This document shows, piece after piece, positions 40,145-53,750 of a stretch of 64,000 nucleotides of DNA (position 1 is the stretch's first letter; each line of letters starts with the position of its first letter). The DNA comes from Lingula anatina (lineage: Eukaryota; Animalia; Brachiopoda), in NCBI GenBank assembly GCA_051362555.1, contig CM120649.1, positions 11,160,001-11,224,000 of the forward strand, written 5' to 3'. A program made the position numbers and the translations under genes. The notes beneath the pieces are model-generated. The model ran no database searches and was not told the origin of the DNA. It was given only the letters and a program-made list of their open reading frames with translations.

Positions 40145-43100
40145 ATGAATGTCGTGCTTATCACCACTATACTGAATACATGTATAGTGCTGCTGCTGAA
40201 TACATGTGTAGTGCACGTTTCAGGTAAGTCCTAAGCAGTTTTATGTTTCGTTCTAAGACTTCTTTAAGATATTCAGATCGAAAGAGGGAATCGAGGGAAA
40301 GCACATCGAGTCGCGTATTGGGTGCTGGACGTTTAAAAAGAAAACATTTTACATGTCTGGACATTTCAACAGTTGTTTCTTAAGACAAGTTACATGTATT
40401 TGAATGGTGCGTGGGTGTCATTTCCAGAACCATTTACAGAGTTACAATCCATGAACATATTTGAGCTCTATATGTTTCTGGTGTTTGAACATTCTCGTAA
40501 TTGAGAAAGGGGCTATTTCATTTCAAATGTGAGTGTACAAGTCATGCATTCAGAACTCAAGAACGGGTTTATGGATTTTAATTAATTTTGAATTAGATAT
40601 TCCCAAGCTGTTCATACATGTGCAGGAAGTGTTGTTGAAGTTTCAACGGTTTGATCTATTTATTTAGCGTGCAAGGAGCATTTACTTCTCTGATTGGCCA
40701 CCCACCTTACACAGTTTATTATTTTTTTCTTATTGCAATAAAGCAGAATCAGGAATTTTATTCATATCACACTTTGGTTTATAAGTTAATTGATATAAAC
40801 TAATTGATATCGTTTTATTTTCAGGCGGGTGTGCTTGGAAATTTGTGGACAATATTCCGAAGTGTTTCAAGTACTTCTCTCAAAACATGAAATATACTGA
40901 TGCACGTTACGCATGCTCTAATCTTGCCGAGGGGGCTACGCTAGCTATGCCAAAAACTCAAGAAGTCAGTGATTTTATAGAAAGTATCTTGTGAGTAATA
41001 CTTTTTTCTTTGCAACGAGAATGTATTTCATGAACACAATATAAAACTACATTCATTCCTTTCTATTAATCACTGCTGGTCTCAAAATATATGATTGGTG
41101 TATTGATATCTCTAGTGGACTGATTATTTCTAAATTCAGACTTCAAAACACGTTGGTTCTCAGATGATTATTTCTGAATTCAGACCTCAAAACAGTGATG
41201 ATATCTGGATCGGTCTGCAGTGGCTTCAAGAGTACGGGTTAAATAATAATGGGATATTCGAAGACGATTTCAAGTGGGTGGACGGCACTTCCGTCACGGA
41301 GGGCTTCCAAAACTGGGGGGAAGCTGATTCCGTAAGTAGCTATAGACTAAAGCTATAGACTAAAATACGTCCGCGTTTAGCGTTGATCAATTATCCAAAT
41401 CCGAAACCGGGCCTTATAATATTTCAATAAAATAAAACGATAGTTAATCTTACTTACATAATGCCTTGTTCTGTTCCCTTGCATGTATTAACTACTTTAT
41501 TTCTTTTCAGTATCGCCAACATTTATCCTGTGTAGGTGTTCGCTTGCACAAAGTTTCGGGCCGGAGGGTGTGGTGGGACAATGACTGTAGCAAGACGTAC
41601 TCCTATGTCTGTGAAGTACCTTATACATCTTGTCCCTGTGCGTATAAAAATAAACTAATAATAACACTTAAAATCTTGAAATTACTTCTCGTAGATTTAT
41701 TGCAAAAAGTAAAAATTAATTTATGAGCTAATTTTGATAGGATTATATTAAAACATACATGTAAATAAGAGATGAGATTGCATTATACCCAACCAAATAG
41801 GATTGGGAAGGTGCCCCTGTAAAAGTTACAAAATTGGACGAAATTCGTCCCGTTTAATTTGTAGCAGCTACAGATGCCTGAGGAGAACCCTGCTGGAGGG
41901 CACTGAAATGAAAAGTTCTGTATTCCAGGTTGTTTACCTCCACAACCAGGCAACCGTGCCACTTTCAATCAGTTCTCCCCAAGATACAATATGGGGACTA
42001 CAGTCGCCTATGCCTGTGAATCGCCTGAAGAGGGGCTGGTAGAGGGTGACCTAGAGCGCACGTGTATGGGGGCATTCAATTGGTCAGGATTAGAGCCTGT
42101 TTGTGGTGGCTGTCCAATCCCTATCTCTGACAGAAACTACACCACTCTAGTAAGAGACCAGTCGTTTGTATACACCTACCCTGTCGGCCACACAGTGACA
42201 TACGAATGCGCAAACAGCCGACTAGTGCACGTGGCCGGCGACCTCACGCGCACGTGTCTCACCGACTTGACGTGGTCTGGTTTGCAGCCTCGATGTGGCG
42301 GCTGTCCCTTCCCTCCGCATGGAAACCAATCCATTCACGACCTCATCGATAACGGCGACCCTTTTGCCGTTGGAGACACCGTCTCTTATCAGTGCCTGCC
42401 AGGTCTATTGCCAATTGATGGAGACACCATTCGCACCTGCCTAGCCGACAGGACTTGGTCCGGGACACTGCTGTCTTGTTCCGGATGCTCGCCACCCGCC
42501 AATGATACACAATCTCTTAGTTTATACGAACCAGTCAAAGAGGAATATCAATTAAATGAAACCATCTCTTACTCTTGTATTGGTTCTTATGTTCCTATAC
42601 AGGGAGAAATAACACGAACATGTGGCTCTAACTTAGAATGGACCGGAAATGGTTCACTACAATGTGCCGGGTGTCCGCCCCCAGAGAATGCCACATTGGC
42701 CACGTACAGCGCCCTGAACGTCACGTACTACAAAATCGGATACGTAGTGGAGTACACGTGTCTTGATGGGTTTGTTTGGGTGGAAGGGGATTTAAATCTC
42801 ACGTGCATGCCTTCTCTTAACTGGGATGGAACAACGCCAACATGTAAGGGGTGCGATGCTCCAGAAAATGGAACCCTTGCCAAGCCATCACTTTTGGGAT
42901 CGGTTTTCGGAGTAGGTGAAACTGCTCACTATGCTTGCACTGATGGCTTCTTCCTCTTCAGTGGAGATATGAACCGCACATGCCTTGATTCCCTAACGTG
43001 GTCTGGCGTCGCCCCTGAATGCCGAGGGTGCACCTTGCCCGAAATCGGGTATCTTTCCATTTACTCTCTGAGCGAAGGCCCATATTACCCATTGGGTCAG

Positions 43101-46100
43101 GTCGTCAAGTACACTTGTCAAGAAGGATTCCTGTCGAAAAATGGGAGCCGCAATCGAACTTGCATAATGGGCAGTGATTTTGTGGGACCAAATTGCTCTT
43201 GCACCAATATGTCAAATGATAATGAGAATGAATTTTGCCCCATTGTCTCCACCAATCAGACCATTCACTGTGCGGAGCGTGCAGTTTGGTCTGAAACCCC
43301 TCTACAATGTGGCGGTTGCAAACCACCGTTCAACAAAAGAAGGACCGTCATCATGCCACAAAAGAACACATACAGAATAGGGGAGTCTGTAAATTACACC
43401 TGCAAAGCAGGGTTTCAGCACACACTTGGAGACCTGACCCGCTATTGCCAGGAAAGTCTCACGTGGTCCGGGAGAACGCCGACGTGCGCAGGGTGCAGTG
43501 CGCCAGATGATGCCGATACCAGGGCCACCTACAGTCCAGCGTTAGAACCAATGCACATGTATAGTGTAAATGAGACCATCACGTACAGCTGCGACCAAAA
43601 CTTTGTTAAAGTGAATGGAAGCGACATGCGCACTTGTCAGTTTGATCTAACCTGGTCAGGCTATCCAATGAGGTGTGGTGGATGTGGCCTACCAGAGCTA
43701 GGAGCTAATTCGACACACAGTTTCGCACATTACAATGTGACGTCAGTGTTTGAAATAGGAACTGTGGTAACTTATGAGTGTCTTAAGGGGCACGGTAAAA
43801 TTGGTGGAGATTGGAACCGCACCTGTCTATGGACTCTCGACTGGTCAGGGGACCCTTTGGTTTGCTCAGGTAAGATTCTGGTGTTCCTTTATCTGAGCAC
43901 CCGTGACCATTTTATCTTAACGCCAATTTAATGACATCACTGACTACTTCACATTCCTAGGCCTATCAGTGATTTTTCTTAAAAGCTTCAGTTCAGATTT
44001 AATAGTTTTTAAGCCAAAATGATACCGATTTCAATGATGCATTGTAATAATGATAGCATTACTGAAAAAGTACTTTTTTTCAATAAAATGTCTATGATGA
44101 ACATTTTATTTTGTTGGCTGTAAACCTTCATCAATACACATGTACATGTATGATAGGTTTGTTTGAAAGCTTTGAATTAAGATTGAAATAAGAAAACATC
44201 AGTCATTATATAAAATACACATATCTGCAAATGATATGAGGTTATAAGATCAACTGAAATGGTTCTGTGTTATCTATTTGTCATGAAGAAACTGGTACCG
44301 AATCCTTTAAATTAAAGGCATGCGATATTCAATAGGCCTCCATATAACAAAAGAATGAAATGAAAAATTAGATATTTATAGACAGAATATCATCTCTAGA
44401 TGATCTAAAGATCATCTCTATAGACAAAATAACGATGTAAAACCTGTTTTGAGCTTTGTATTTTAAAGGTACACACGAACTGAGCATCGGTGGAGCGTGG
44501 ATTCCCAATAACACATGTCAACCACTGCTACTAGATTCTTATATGACTCAAATATATTCGACATGCCAAGGGATAAACTGAATAGATAACTCGATCAGCC
44601 ATAAAAGAACTTTAGACTGCTCCTTTCTTTAAATTTTTGGTTGTAAATTTAACCTACTTTCGTGACCTACTTTCCTGCCCCATTGACATACAGCTTAGAA
44701 TGCCAGCAGAAAAATCCGTTCAAACATCATTTTCGGGTAAAATTAAACAATGCCTTTTGGTTATTCTCTTAGTTATACTACGTGAAACTATATGCTGGCA
44801 TTTGGTTGGTTTTTGTGACAAAAAATTGACTTTGTATGCATCTTTAAATTGCTATCGTCAAGAGATATATCCATCAGTCTCTTTGCCATGGCAACAGTGC
44901 AGGCTCTAATAATAATAATAATAATAATAATAAAAATAATAATATAGAAACTTAAAACTCGCAAAGGGGTTTTCCGATCGTATTTTTTTTATTGATTTTG
45001 GATATGATATACCGCGGTACTTAGGTAATGAAGGAAATGAACTACAGTTTCCAGGAAAGGGAATTAATATTGTTCCTACATTAGGGCCTAACTCCCCTTA
45101 TTTGTGAGCCTTTGATATAGTACTAATCATGGTTTATTGCTATAATTCCAGAATCAACGACAGGACCATCCACTGATGTGACGTTTACATTTACTTCGAG
45201 TGCCTCAGTCTCATTATGTGACGAACCGCCAATTATACCGCATACGAAAGGTACCTTGGTGGACAGTGACATTGGAACTGCTCCTACCGACCGGGTCGCC
45301 ATCTTTCGGTGCGATGTGGGCTTCTGGTTTCAGGAAAATAGGACCTATGAACGGCACGTCATGTGCAGTCACTGGCACACTGTCTCGCCTTGCACAGGTA
45401 CACACATGGAAATCGGTTATATTTTCAACAAATGGATGAAAAAAAAAACTTAAAATAATAGCATTTTTATCATTTTAACAATTTCCTCGTTGCATGAAAT
45501 ATGAAGGAATTTTAATTTCGTACAAAATACTTAGATATGAAATCGCTTGGGAAGGAGCATTTTTAAATAAATAAATACATAAATTAGTTTCCTCTCATAA
45601 TAATCAGTTTCATTTCTTTATTGGAGACAGTTTTTGTTTACATTTTCACTTTGTCCTACAGCGGTACAATGCCCCCCTCCACCTGAAAGCGGTTCAGCTA
45701 TTCTACTAAGACAAACCCAAGATCAATACGAGTTCAACTCCACGGTGGAGTACCGCTGTCCTAACGGCACCTATCTCCCTGACGGCAAGAGATCTCGGTT
45801 CTCAAGGTGTACTCAGAGAGGGGTGTGGTCGGCCTTCCCTCCTACATGTACAGGTAGGTGGACAGCAGGGAATCCAGGGAGCACAGTGGCAACGTGCCCT
45901 CCTTCACCAGGAGATACATCTATACGTCTCCACCTCCGACCCTGCCAAAAAAAAAAACAAAACAAAAAACAGTTAATTAGTTACTATAGAGAAACAAAAT
46001 GAATACTAGCAATTACATGAACATTGCAAGTATGCGATATTTGTGGAGTAGAAGAACAAACACATGCAGGAACACAAAAGCAAATGTACCCAATAAACAT

Positions 46101-46828
46101 ACATTCAGGATCTTATCATTTTTCATAATATTTATTATCCTGGATGTACTGTATGTTTACTGGGTACGTGTGCGTTTTTTTTTCCCCGCTCTTGATTGTG
46201 CTAGCTCTTGCTTGCGTTTGTTTATGTGTTCACATTATATTTAAACGAAATGGTATATAGGGAAAAGATGCCCTTACCTATTTTTTCTTATAGGACTCTA
46301 TAGAAGTCCTACATGACTGTATAGCAATTCTATCGGACCTTCTGTAAGATTCTTGTCTAAGAATTATGCTCCAAAGGGCCCTATAGGATATTGAGCTAAT
46401 TTCCTTTCAGTCATCTGATATTAAGTAAGGGACCTTGTAAGGATTTTGGTAAAGGTGATTTTAGTTTAAGACATGCTATTAAATTTTGCAGTGGATTTCA
46501 TGTTTCATGAAAATTCATAACCTATTTGAGTGCGTTGTCTCGTGTCTCACACCAGTTTGTCACTTGCACTTCAGCCTCCATTCCCAGCGTCACCCAACGT
46601 CAACGAAAATTTTTCGCCACACCGAAAGAGGCGAGTCTGAGCGTCGTGGTTCCCTGTAGCACGTTTGCCATAGGACTCCTGCTTGGCATCAGTATTACTA
46701 TATTTGTACTGGACGCCCGGACGTTACTTGAGCAAACTCAAAAAGGACTACGTAACGTAAAACGCTTCTGTCGACGCTTTAAGGGACCACGTAGACGGCG
46801 GTCGAGTACGTACGTCAGTAGGGGATAG
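40145..46828 (+). CDS. C-type lectin + ~12 sushi/CCP domain type I membrane protein, paralogue B
   Basis: Exons 40145-40223 (signal peptide), 40825-40990, 41184-41331, 41511-41637, 41929-43869 (10 CCP), 45152-45397, 45662-45853, 46575-46828 (TM plus tail). Same intron phases as paralogue A; ORF intact. Confidence 0.9.
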
Positions 46829-47010
46829 TCAGTGGCGCGCTTAATGTGTATCCACTAACGGATCGGATAAAGGATTTTGCTAGAGAAGAGAGGTTTCAAA
46901 AATTAATATGTCCCTCGTTTTTGGTGTAATAATATGATATGACAAGGACAGTTCACGGGGGTATGTAAGGGACAGGAATTGATAAAAAGAGCTGTTTTGT
47001 CTGAGAGTAC

Positions 47011-47565
47011 TGTCACACTTTAAGCGTAGTGCACTAAAGTATGAGATAAGGGAAGTTTGGCGTTACTAGTCAAACGTTAATTTATGGCGACGGTTTAACA
47101 CTTAAGCTTACAACTCTAAACTTGACTTTGTTCTATTCTTTTAATAGGTGTATCATATTATTATAAGTATTATTATAAGTCGGTTTAGATCAAGGAGACA
47201 TAAATTGTCTATTCGCAGACGAATGCAAGTGGTCATTAGATGTACTTCTCTAGTACGTTGGCAAATGTTTTTGTACGTTCGAGATCGGGTAAGCGAAGAT
47301 AAAGTGTTTTAGCATGTTCAAAAGCAATTTCTTTCGTTTCTTACACGTGTTGTACTAGGTTCTTAGATACAGTGTATACCGCGGGTATAATCTAGACGCT
47401 AGGGGCTCTAATCCTACGCTGGAAGATTCTAGGTACGGTACGCGATTCCCGACTTGGGTTATGCCCGGAGAGAAGAGTAAAGCAACACCACCGTTTAGTT
47501 ACCAAAATCAAACACTCCTTTATTGCCAGGTCGCAGCCTGATTTTATACCTAACTTGGCGTGACA
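47011..47565 (-). mobile_element. Solo-LTR-like remnant
   Basis: TGTCAC...GTGACA termini; TATAAA and AATAAA on the minus strand; region absent downstream of paralogue A; no clear TSD. Confidence 0.45.
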
Positions 47566-48022
47566 GACTTATATCTTTATTGAGACTTCGCTATAATTAA
47601 AGAAGATAAGATAAGAAAAGAGATTAACGTTAGATAAGAGATATAAACTTCTATTGACACTTATTACGAGTCGCGCGTCCAAGCCCGCGACTCTGATCGA
47701 ATTAATTTTCATTTTTATTTATGTTAAATTTTAAGCCCGCGACTCGTAATAAGTGTCAATAGAAGTTTATATCTCTTATATAACGTGAATCTCTTTTCTT
47801 ATCTTATCTTCTTTATTGCCAGGTCGCAGCCTGATTTTATACCTAACTTGGCGTGACAGACATATCTTTATTGAGACTTCACTATAATTAAAGAAGATAA
47901 GAAAAGAGATTAGAGAAAATAGATAAGAGAAATGAACTTCTATTGACACTTATTACTAGTCGCGCTCCCAAGCCCCGCGACTCTGATCGAATAAATTTTC
48001 ATTTTTATTAATGTTAAATTTT
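47519..48022. repeat. Duplication-inversion-duplication of a ~210-bp segment
   Basis: 47519-47731 repeated at ~47812-48022, with an inverted copy of ~47598-47675 between them. Confidence 0.85.
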
Positions 48023-48572
48023 ACTAGTCTGAACAATGTACTACTATGTTCATTTTCATGCGATGGAAAAGGGGTTATTTTATACGCTCAAAGCTGTGCC
48101 TGTTATCGATTTTTATAGTGGTAATCACACGCACTTCTTCACGCTAGGCGTGACAGAGCTTCAAGGCAAAGAGAGCTAAGACAGGACGTGGGATAACTGT
48201 GCCGTCCCTTGCTGGTCGTCAGCACCAGGAATGGCAAGCAGGCCACTTTGCCCCGGGGTACGTACAGAGAATTTTGAGAACTTTTTAACGCCTTGCGCAA
48301 TGTCAGTACTTGACAGATATATGCCCATGAGAACAATAAAACATGGGCGCCAAAGTTGTCAACTTTTAATTAAATGTAATTTTTTCACAGTTGCTTATTT
48401 TCTGGCGATTGTGTCGCCATCATGTGGTCACTTTCAGAATAAAGAGTATACTGCGCGGTTAGTTTTCCTCAAATTTGAGGATTCATGTTAATTCACCGTA
48501 TAGATCTTAATGGATATAGAAGTTTATATATTGATGCACCTTTGAAGATCTATATTACATTTGTAAAATACA

Positions 48573-48608
48573 ATCCGAGCTTTCGGCCCCTGGGCCTTCT
48601 TCGGGGAT
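48573..48608 (-). ncRNA. Minimal hammerhead-ribozyme-like motif in a short Penelope-type insertion
   Basis: Minus strand ATCC-CCGAAGA-A-GGCC-CAGG-GGCC-GAAA-GCTC-GGAT; within a ~150-bp insert flanked by duplicated ttttcctcaaatt (48463-48475, 48613-48625). Core has CCGA instead of CUGA. Confidence 0.5.
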
Positions 48609-50298
48609 TTTATTTTCCTCAAATTGTCATTTTCAAGATTTGGCTGAAGTCTCATGCTATTTACTTTTTTGGATAACCACAAGAACACTGATGTATGATT
48701 AAAAATGGAGAAATTGCTGGGTTTTTTTTTTCAAAGAAATTTTATAGTTGAAGTTTAAACTATTTAAAATGTAATTTGAAGTATACTTTTTAATGTCATA
48801 GCTTTAATGGTTTTACAGCTTGTTTTTATACTACAGTATTTTAGCATTTTATCATTGTAAAATCTACTGAACTTTTAAGGCTTTTAGACTTCAAATAAAT
48901 ATTAATATTATTAAGCATCAAAACTGACAAGAGTATTCTGTGCATTTCTATCACCACCATTGGTTATTCATCATTTCTAGACCGTTTCGGTGAGACTGCT
49001 TATATAATAGCAATTTTGCCCAATAATTGTCGTTTCACATTAACAGCAAAATCACAAACGAGTGTGTAAAATGCATGCAACATTTATTTTTTCACAATAA
49101 CCATTTTGTATTATAATGGCACTGTAACAATGAATTTAAAAATAAAAAAATATTATACTTTAACAAAATAGGTATAACCTGTGTTTGTAACCAAATGCAA
49201 GCAAAATGGCTTCTTTTGCTTCATTTATCAAATCAATGAAATTGCTCTGCAATTTTCGAACAAAAAGATCCTGTCTCTTAATAGCATTAACTATGCCAGG
49301 TCATTTTTTTATTCTGCTTAAACGAGGAATTTTTATGAATAACTTAATCCGTACCTTAAAAGCAATTTTCACAAAAATTCAACCGGTAAACCCATACAAA
49401 ATAAAACTGACAAGTGGATACTATTGGAAAACAGCTGTTTCTAAATTACAATAAACACAAAAAACTAAGTTCTGTAACAATATTTAGTACAAACTCTTGC
49501 CAAAAAGTTTAAGTCAAGGCAGCTTTATAAATTACGCTGAAAACATTATGAAAATGATCAAATACATAAACAAAAAGAAAACCAAAGAAACTGTCCTCTT
49601 GTATAAATCCATCTTAAAACCATATTTTACACAACTTTCTGAAGTATATAATTTCTCTACTGGCTGTCATTTTACAAGAATCCTTTACTATTTGCTAGTA
49701 AGCCACATTTAAGTCTATTTCTTTCGGGTACATTTATAAAACCGATGCTGCATATCTCTTAGTTTTTCTAAATGGTATAAGAGTGTTATGTCCTCTTAGT
49801 CTTTTCTTGATGTATCGGTGTAAAACTGATACTTGGTATATTTTAGTTATTTCTATGTTGTTTAAAAGTGTCAGGATCTTTGTATGCCTCACAACTTTCT
49901 GTTTATAGACTACCGTGCATTAGACCCCCTTGGAAGCAAAATAATGATAAATATTAATAATTATTACAGTGATAATTATAAAAAGATTTCCTGGAAATCT
50001 TATGCATCTCCTTATTATCACCAAGTGAGCTTACATGCTAATTCCATTAAATTCCATTGAGAAAATTACAATTTATAAAATTAACCTTTTCCCAGTTCTA
50101 AAATTCTGTGAGTGAAATTCACCAATCTAGTAGCTTGGAAATCAAAATTGGGCAACATTTTATAGATTGTAATTTGCAAATGGCTTTGGAGATAACATAC
50201 TTTGGTGTTTAAGAGAAGTGTTGAAATTTCCAGGAAAATGAAAGTTTTGTTTAATCAGGTCTTCTGCTCAATGGGTGTCTTTGTACAGTATCTCCAAG

Positions 50299-50923
50299 TT
50301 ATTTCTTAGTAAGTGCCACGCCCAGTCCTATAATGCTTCCCAGTGCCACTGCAGCTGCTCCACCAACTATTGCCATTCCTAGCAGACCCTCTGTGGAAAT
50401 GCCAAAAACTAAAGGATTATTGTTTACTGTTTGCACATGTGATCATGTTATATTATGATTTACCATATTTAATGCGTAAATTGGTGCTTATGAAACTGCA
50501 GGTCATTTTCACAAAATGGATTACATGATAGTGCACATATCTGTACCAAAATACTAATTCTAAATTAAAGAAAGTATACAGCATAATTACCATCAAGACT
50601 TATCATAAGTGTTCAGATATTCTGTCTATTAGAGAGAGAGAGAGTTCGAGAGTTCACCTCACCTTTCTCCATTTTTTTCTTTATAATTTTCTTCAGCTCA
50701 GCAGCCTGGTGGTTGCCAGGTTGCACTTGCAAGATGCCATTTACATATTTGAGAGCTTTGTCATATTCCTGGAGAAGGAAAGAAATAATAATAAAATGAA
50801 AAGAGAAAAAATACTGTTACAATTAGTTTTAGAAATAAAAGAAATAATTCCACTAATAATAAAGTCAAATTAAGTTGATCTTCAATTAGAATATTTGATG
50901 TAACTTTAGAAATTTTATCCACT

Positions 50924-50975
<52 letters not shown>

Positions 50976-53107
50976 AGGACCATAAGGTCATTCAAATCTT
51001 AGAGTTAAATAAACTGACACATGCACTTTTACTTTGCATTAAAAAAATAAATTAGCAGCCAGAGTTTTAATGGCCACGCCATATATCCCAACTTCAGGGG
51101 TATTTGATTGATTGGCTGTATTCCCAGAGCTATTAGATCGATCTATCCCTGCGGGGAGTCTCACTAGATTACTGTCAGATAATCCGGCTTAAATGTCCGT
51201 CCAGCCTACTACAAGCTGTAAGGGGGTAATTAACTTTCGTGTCCGCCCGGCTGACAGCTATTTAGCGTGAACCCCCAGGGAGTTAGGTCAATCTAAAGTA
51301 GATCGATCTAATCTCTGGAAAAGGGGTCATTGTTATTACCAACCAACAATGTTAACCCAGTCTATTAACTACATCAGGCCACCTTCTATTCAGACACAGG
51401 ATACAAAGGACTGGCTCTGCAGCTGTGCTTGGTGTAGTAGATGTTGAACAAACCCTGTGAGCTGTACTTACTTTGAGACGTGTGTTCCCGACAGCCAGGT
51501 AATATAAATAATCTCTCTTTGCAGTTTCATCATGTGTTTTATGAAATAGGTCTGAAAATAAAAGTTGGCATAACACTGATGGAAAAAAGTAAAGTTATAC
51601 ATATTTCATACTAAAAAAGGATAATAACAAATAAAAGTAAAATATGTATTGGAAGTAGCTATAGATGTTGTTTAAATGCTGTTCGAAGTAAAACTGACAA
51701 ATATCATAGTGAATATTAACTTTTATTGAATATATTTCTTTTTCAATTGAATGATTTTCAAAATTTTTCTACTATCAAGAAAAGAAGAGGAAAATTATTT
51801 TACCTAATGTGGAAAAAGAGATTCAGCTTGAAAAGTTAATAAATTCAACAAGGCAGTAATCTAAGATATGCTATGGTATTCTTCAACACAACATATGTAC
51901 ATTTTTATTGCTCATACATTTTTACCTTCTAAGAGAATAATTCCTTTCTGATTATCCCTTGCATATTTACTACGCACTAAGCACCAAGCATATTCAAACT
52001 GAGTCTTTGGACTCACGCTGCCTCTTGTCATCTGCTCATTGTACCTCTGTTCAAATTTCTGAAAGATGAAAGAAAATTTTAACAATCAGCACTTCATTTG
52101 ATTTGTTTTTAAATGATAAAGCTAACATTGAAGCCAGGGGCATATACATGTAGGCCTGATTCTGAGAATCTAATACATCAGATTTACTGAAAAAAAATGT
52201 GATGTGGAAAATTAAAGGTAGCTGTATCAATTTTGGGTCTAATCTGATGTCTGCTTCTATTCTGTTTGGATTTTTATGATTTATTTTCCGTGATTCCGTT
52301 TCACAAGTTTACTTTATTTAATTACACATCTCTATTGGGGTTGGTGGTGATTTTATGAAATTCCTTTGAAATATTTAATTAATTTTCTTATTTCATTATT
52401 ATTTGCATTATGGTAGACTCGTAGTATAGTATGATAGTCTAAAGTTGTTTTACATCAAATTACATGTATGTGATTTTTAGGTTAAGTTAAAGTTACCTGG
52501 TTTATATAAATCATTAATACCCGCAGTAAACAATCAGAGTGACAGCCAAGATTGTGTCAATTAATAGTGTTTATTCAACATTAACATGCAGTCAGACTGC
52601 TGGGATAGTACAATCTTCATTATTCTTTGTTTCATTAAAGAATTAAATTAAATGGCATGATGAAATCCACAATTTAAAGAGAATATTCTGGTGGGTTAAG
52701 GGGAGGAGTGGGCAGCTTAATTTAATTATCCGGAATTCGCCATCTCAAACCTTTTTCACAAACACCCAAGAGAGTAAAAATGCAGATACTTCATATTTTT
52801 CTTAAGAATGTTTTGTCGCTTTTTATACGACTGACGCGGCAACAAACAGCTGACGTGTTAGTCACCATATGTAAGCTAGCGTTAACATTGTGTTTATCCC
52901 CACTATGGGGTAATATGACGTGCACATCAAATATCATTATTTCAGCAAAGATAACAAATTGTTTCAATCATAAATTCGGAGAAGATTTAAAACTGTCAAT
53001 GTAATGACATAAAACTGCATCTGTACTGTCAAGAATAAGTCAAAAGTGAAAAATAAATATACCTTTAAATCTTCCGTCGACACTGTCTCATCAAGCATCG
53101 CTTCCAT
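50299..53107 (-). CDS. FIS1: Mitochondrial fission 1 protein
   Basis: Exons 53107-53063 (MEAMLDETVSTEDLK), 52058-51926 (TQFEYAWCLVRSKY..KGIILLE), 51551-51472 (KRDYLYYLAVGNTRLK), 50768-50663 (EYDKALKYV..PGNHQA), 50390-50299 (GLLGMAIVGGAAAVALGSIIGLGVALTKK*). Canonical splice sites, TPR motifs and tail anchor. Confidence 0.97.
51114..51328. mobile_element. PIF/Harbinger (Tourist-like) MITE, copy 1, in a FIS1 intron
   Basis: Imperfect TIRs (CCAGAG..TTAGATCGATCTA / TAGATCGATCTAATCTCTGG), 3-bp TSD ATT, near-identical to 54106-54320. Confidence 0.8.
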
Positions 53108-53630
53108 TTTGGCTTATCTTGGCTGTAAAGGTTATGAACACTTTACGTCGTAATTAATATAATTGGATTTTGGATCTAAAAGAACTTTAAAAAATATAAG
53201 TTTTAATATGCAGTGAAATTTTGATGTGTTTAAAATATTTGGTGTGTATTTTTTAAATAATTGCTGATAGAATCAATATTTTGTTCCACACCCAAATCAT
53301 TTTATTATAGTACCCCGTTTATAAATATACCTCTAAGTACTAGAGAACGCAATTCTGAGGATGTTTGTGTGTTTGTGTGCTAGACCGTGAGTAGACAAAC
53401 CTGCTGGCAGATCAAATCATTTTGAAAATTAAGACATCTTGTAGAGAAGCATTTCAGGCGAAGATATAAATACCGGCGTCGATCTGCTCCTGTTTTATCC
53501 AAAGATAGAGTGGAGAAACTTGAGTTGAGTGCCTCGACGCACCAGGCTTATGAATGGGAAAAGTATTGCCTGAGTTTTAGGCCTTCAGTTACATGCTGCA
53601 TGTGTAGGTAGTACCTTTACCGCAGGTAAG
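53108..53630. promoter_or_regulatory. Probable bidirectional promoter (FIS1 / GH32 gene) and first non-coding GH32 exon
   Basis: FIS1 ATG at 53107 (-); CpG-richer plus-strand segment ~53350-53626 ending in a strong donor CAG|gtaagg; head-to-head arrangement. Inferred, no transcript data. Confidence 0.4.
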
Positions 53631-53750
53631 GCCTCACGGCTGCTGTTTCAAACTGTAGTTGCTATAAATTCCCACATCCTATAATAATGTCTATCCACCA
53701 TCGCATGTTGTAATTCAAATTTTAAAGTTTTTTTAAAATAATATTAATGT

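Noticed and set aside
33245-49270. Second receptor copy as an uncollapsed haplotype (assembly artefact)
   Set aside because: Introns and flanks are strongly diverged with independent insertions, and the anosmin part is pseudogenised
50924-50974. Poly(A) tract as a retrocopy tail
   Set aside because: No recognisable upstream retroelement body or TSD; intronic homopolymer
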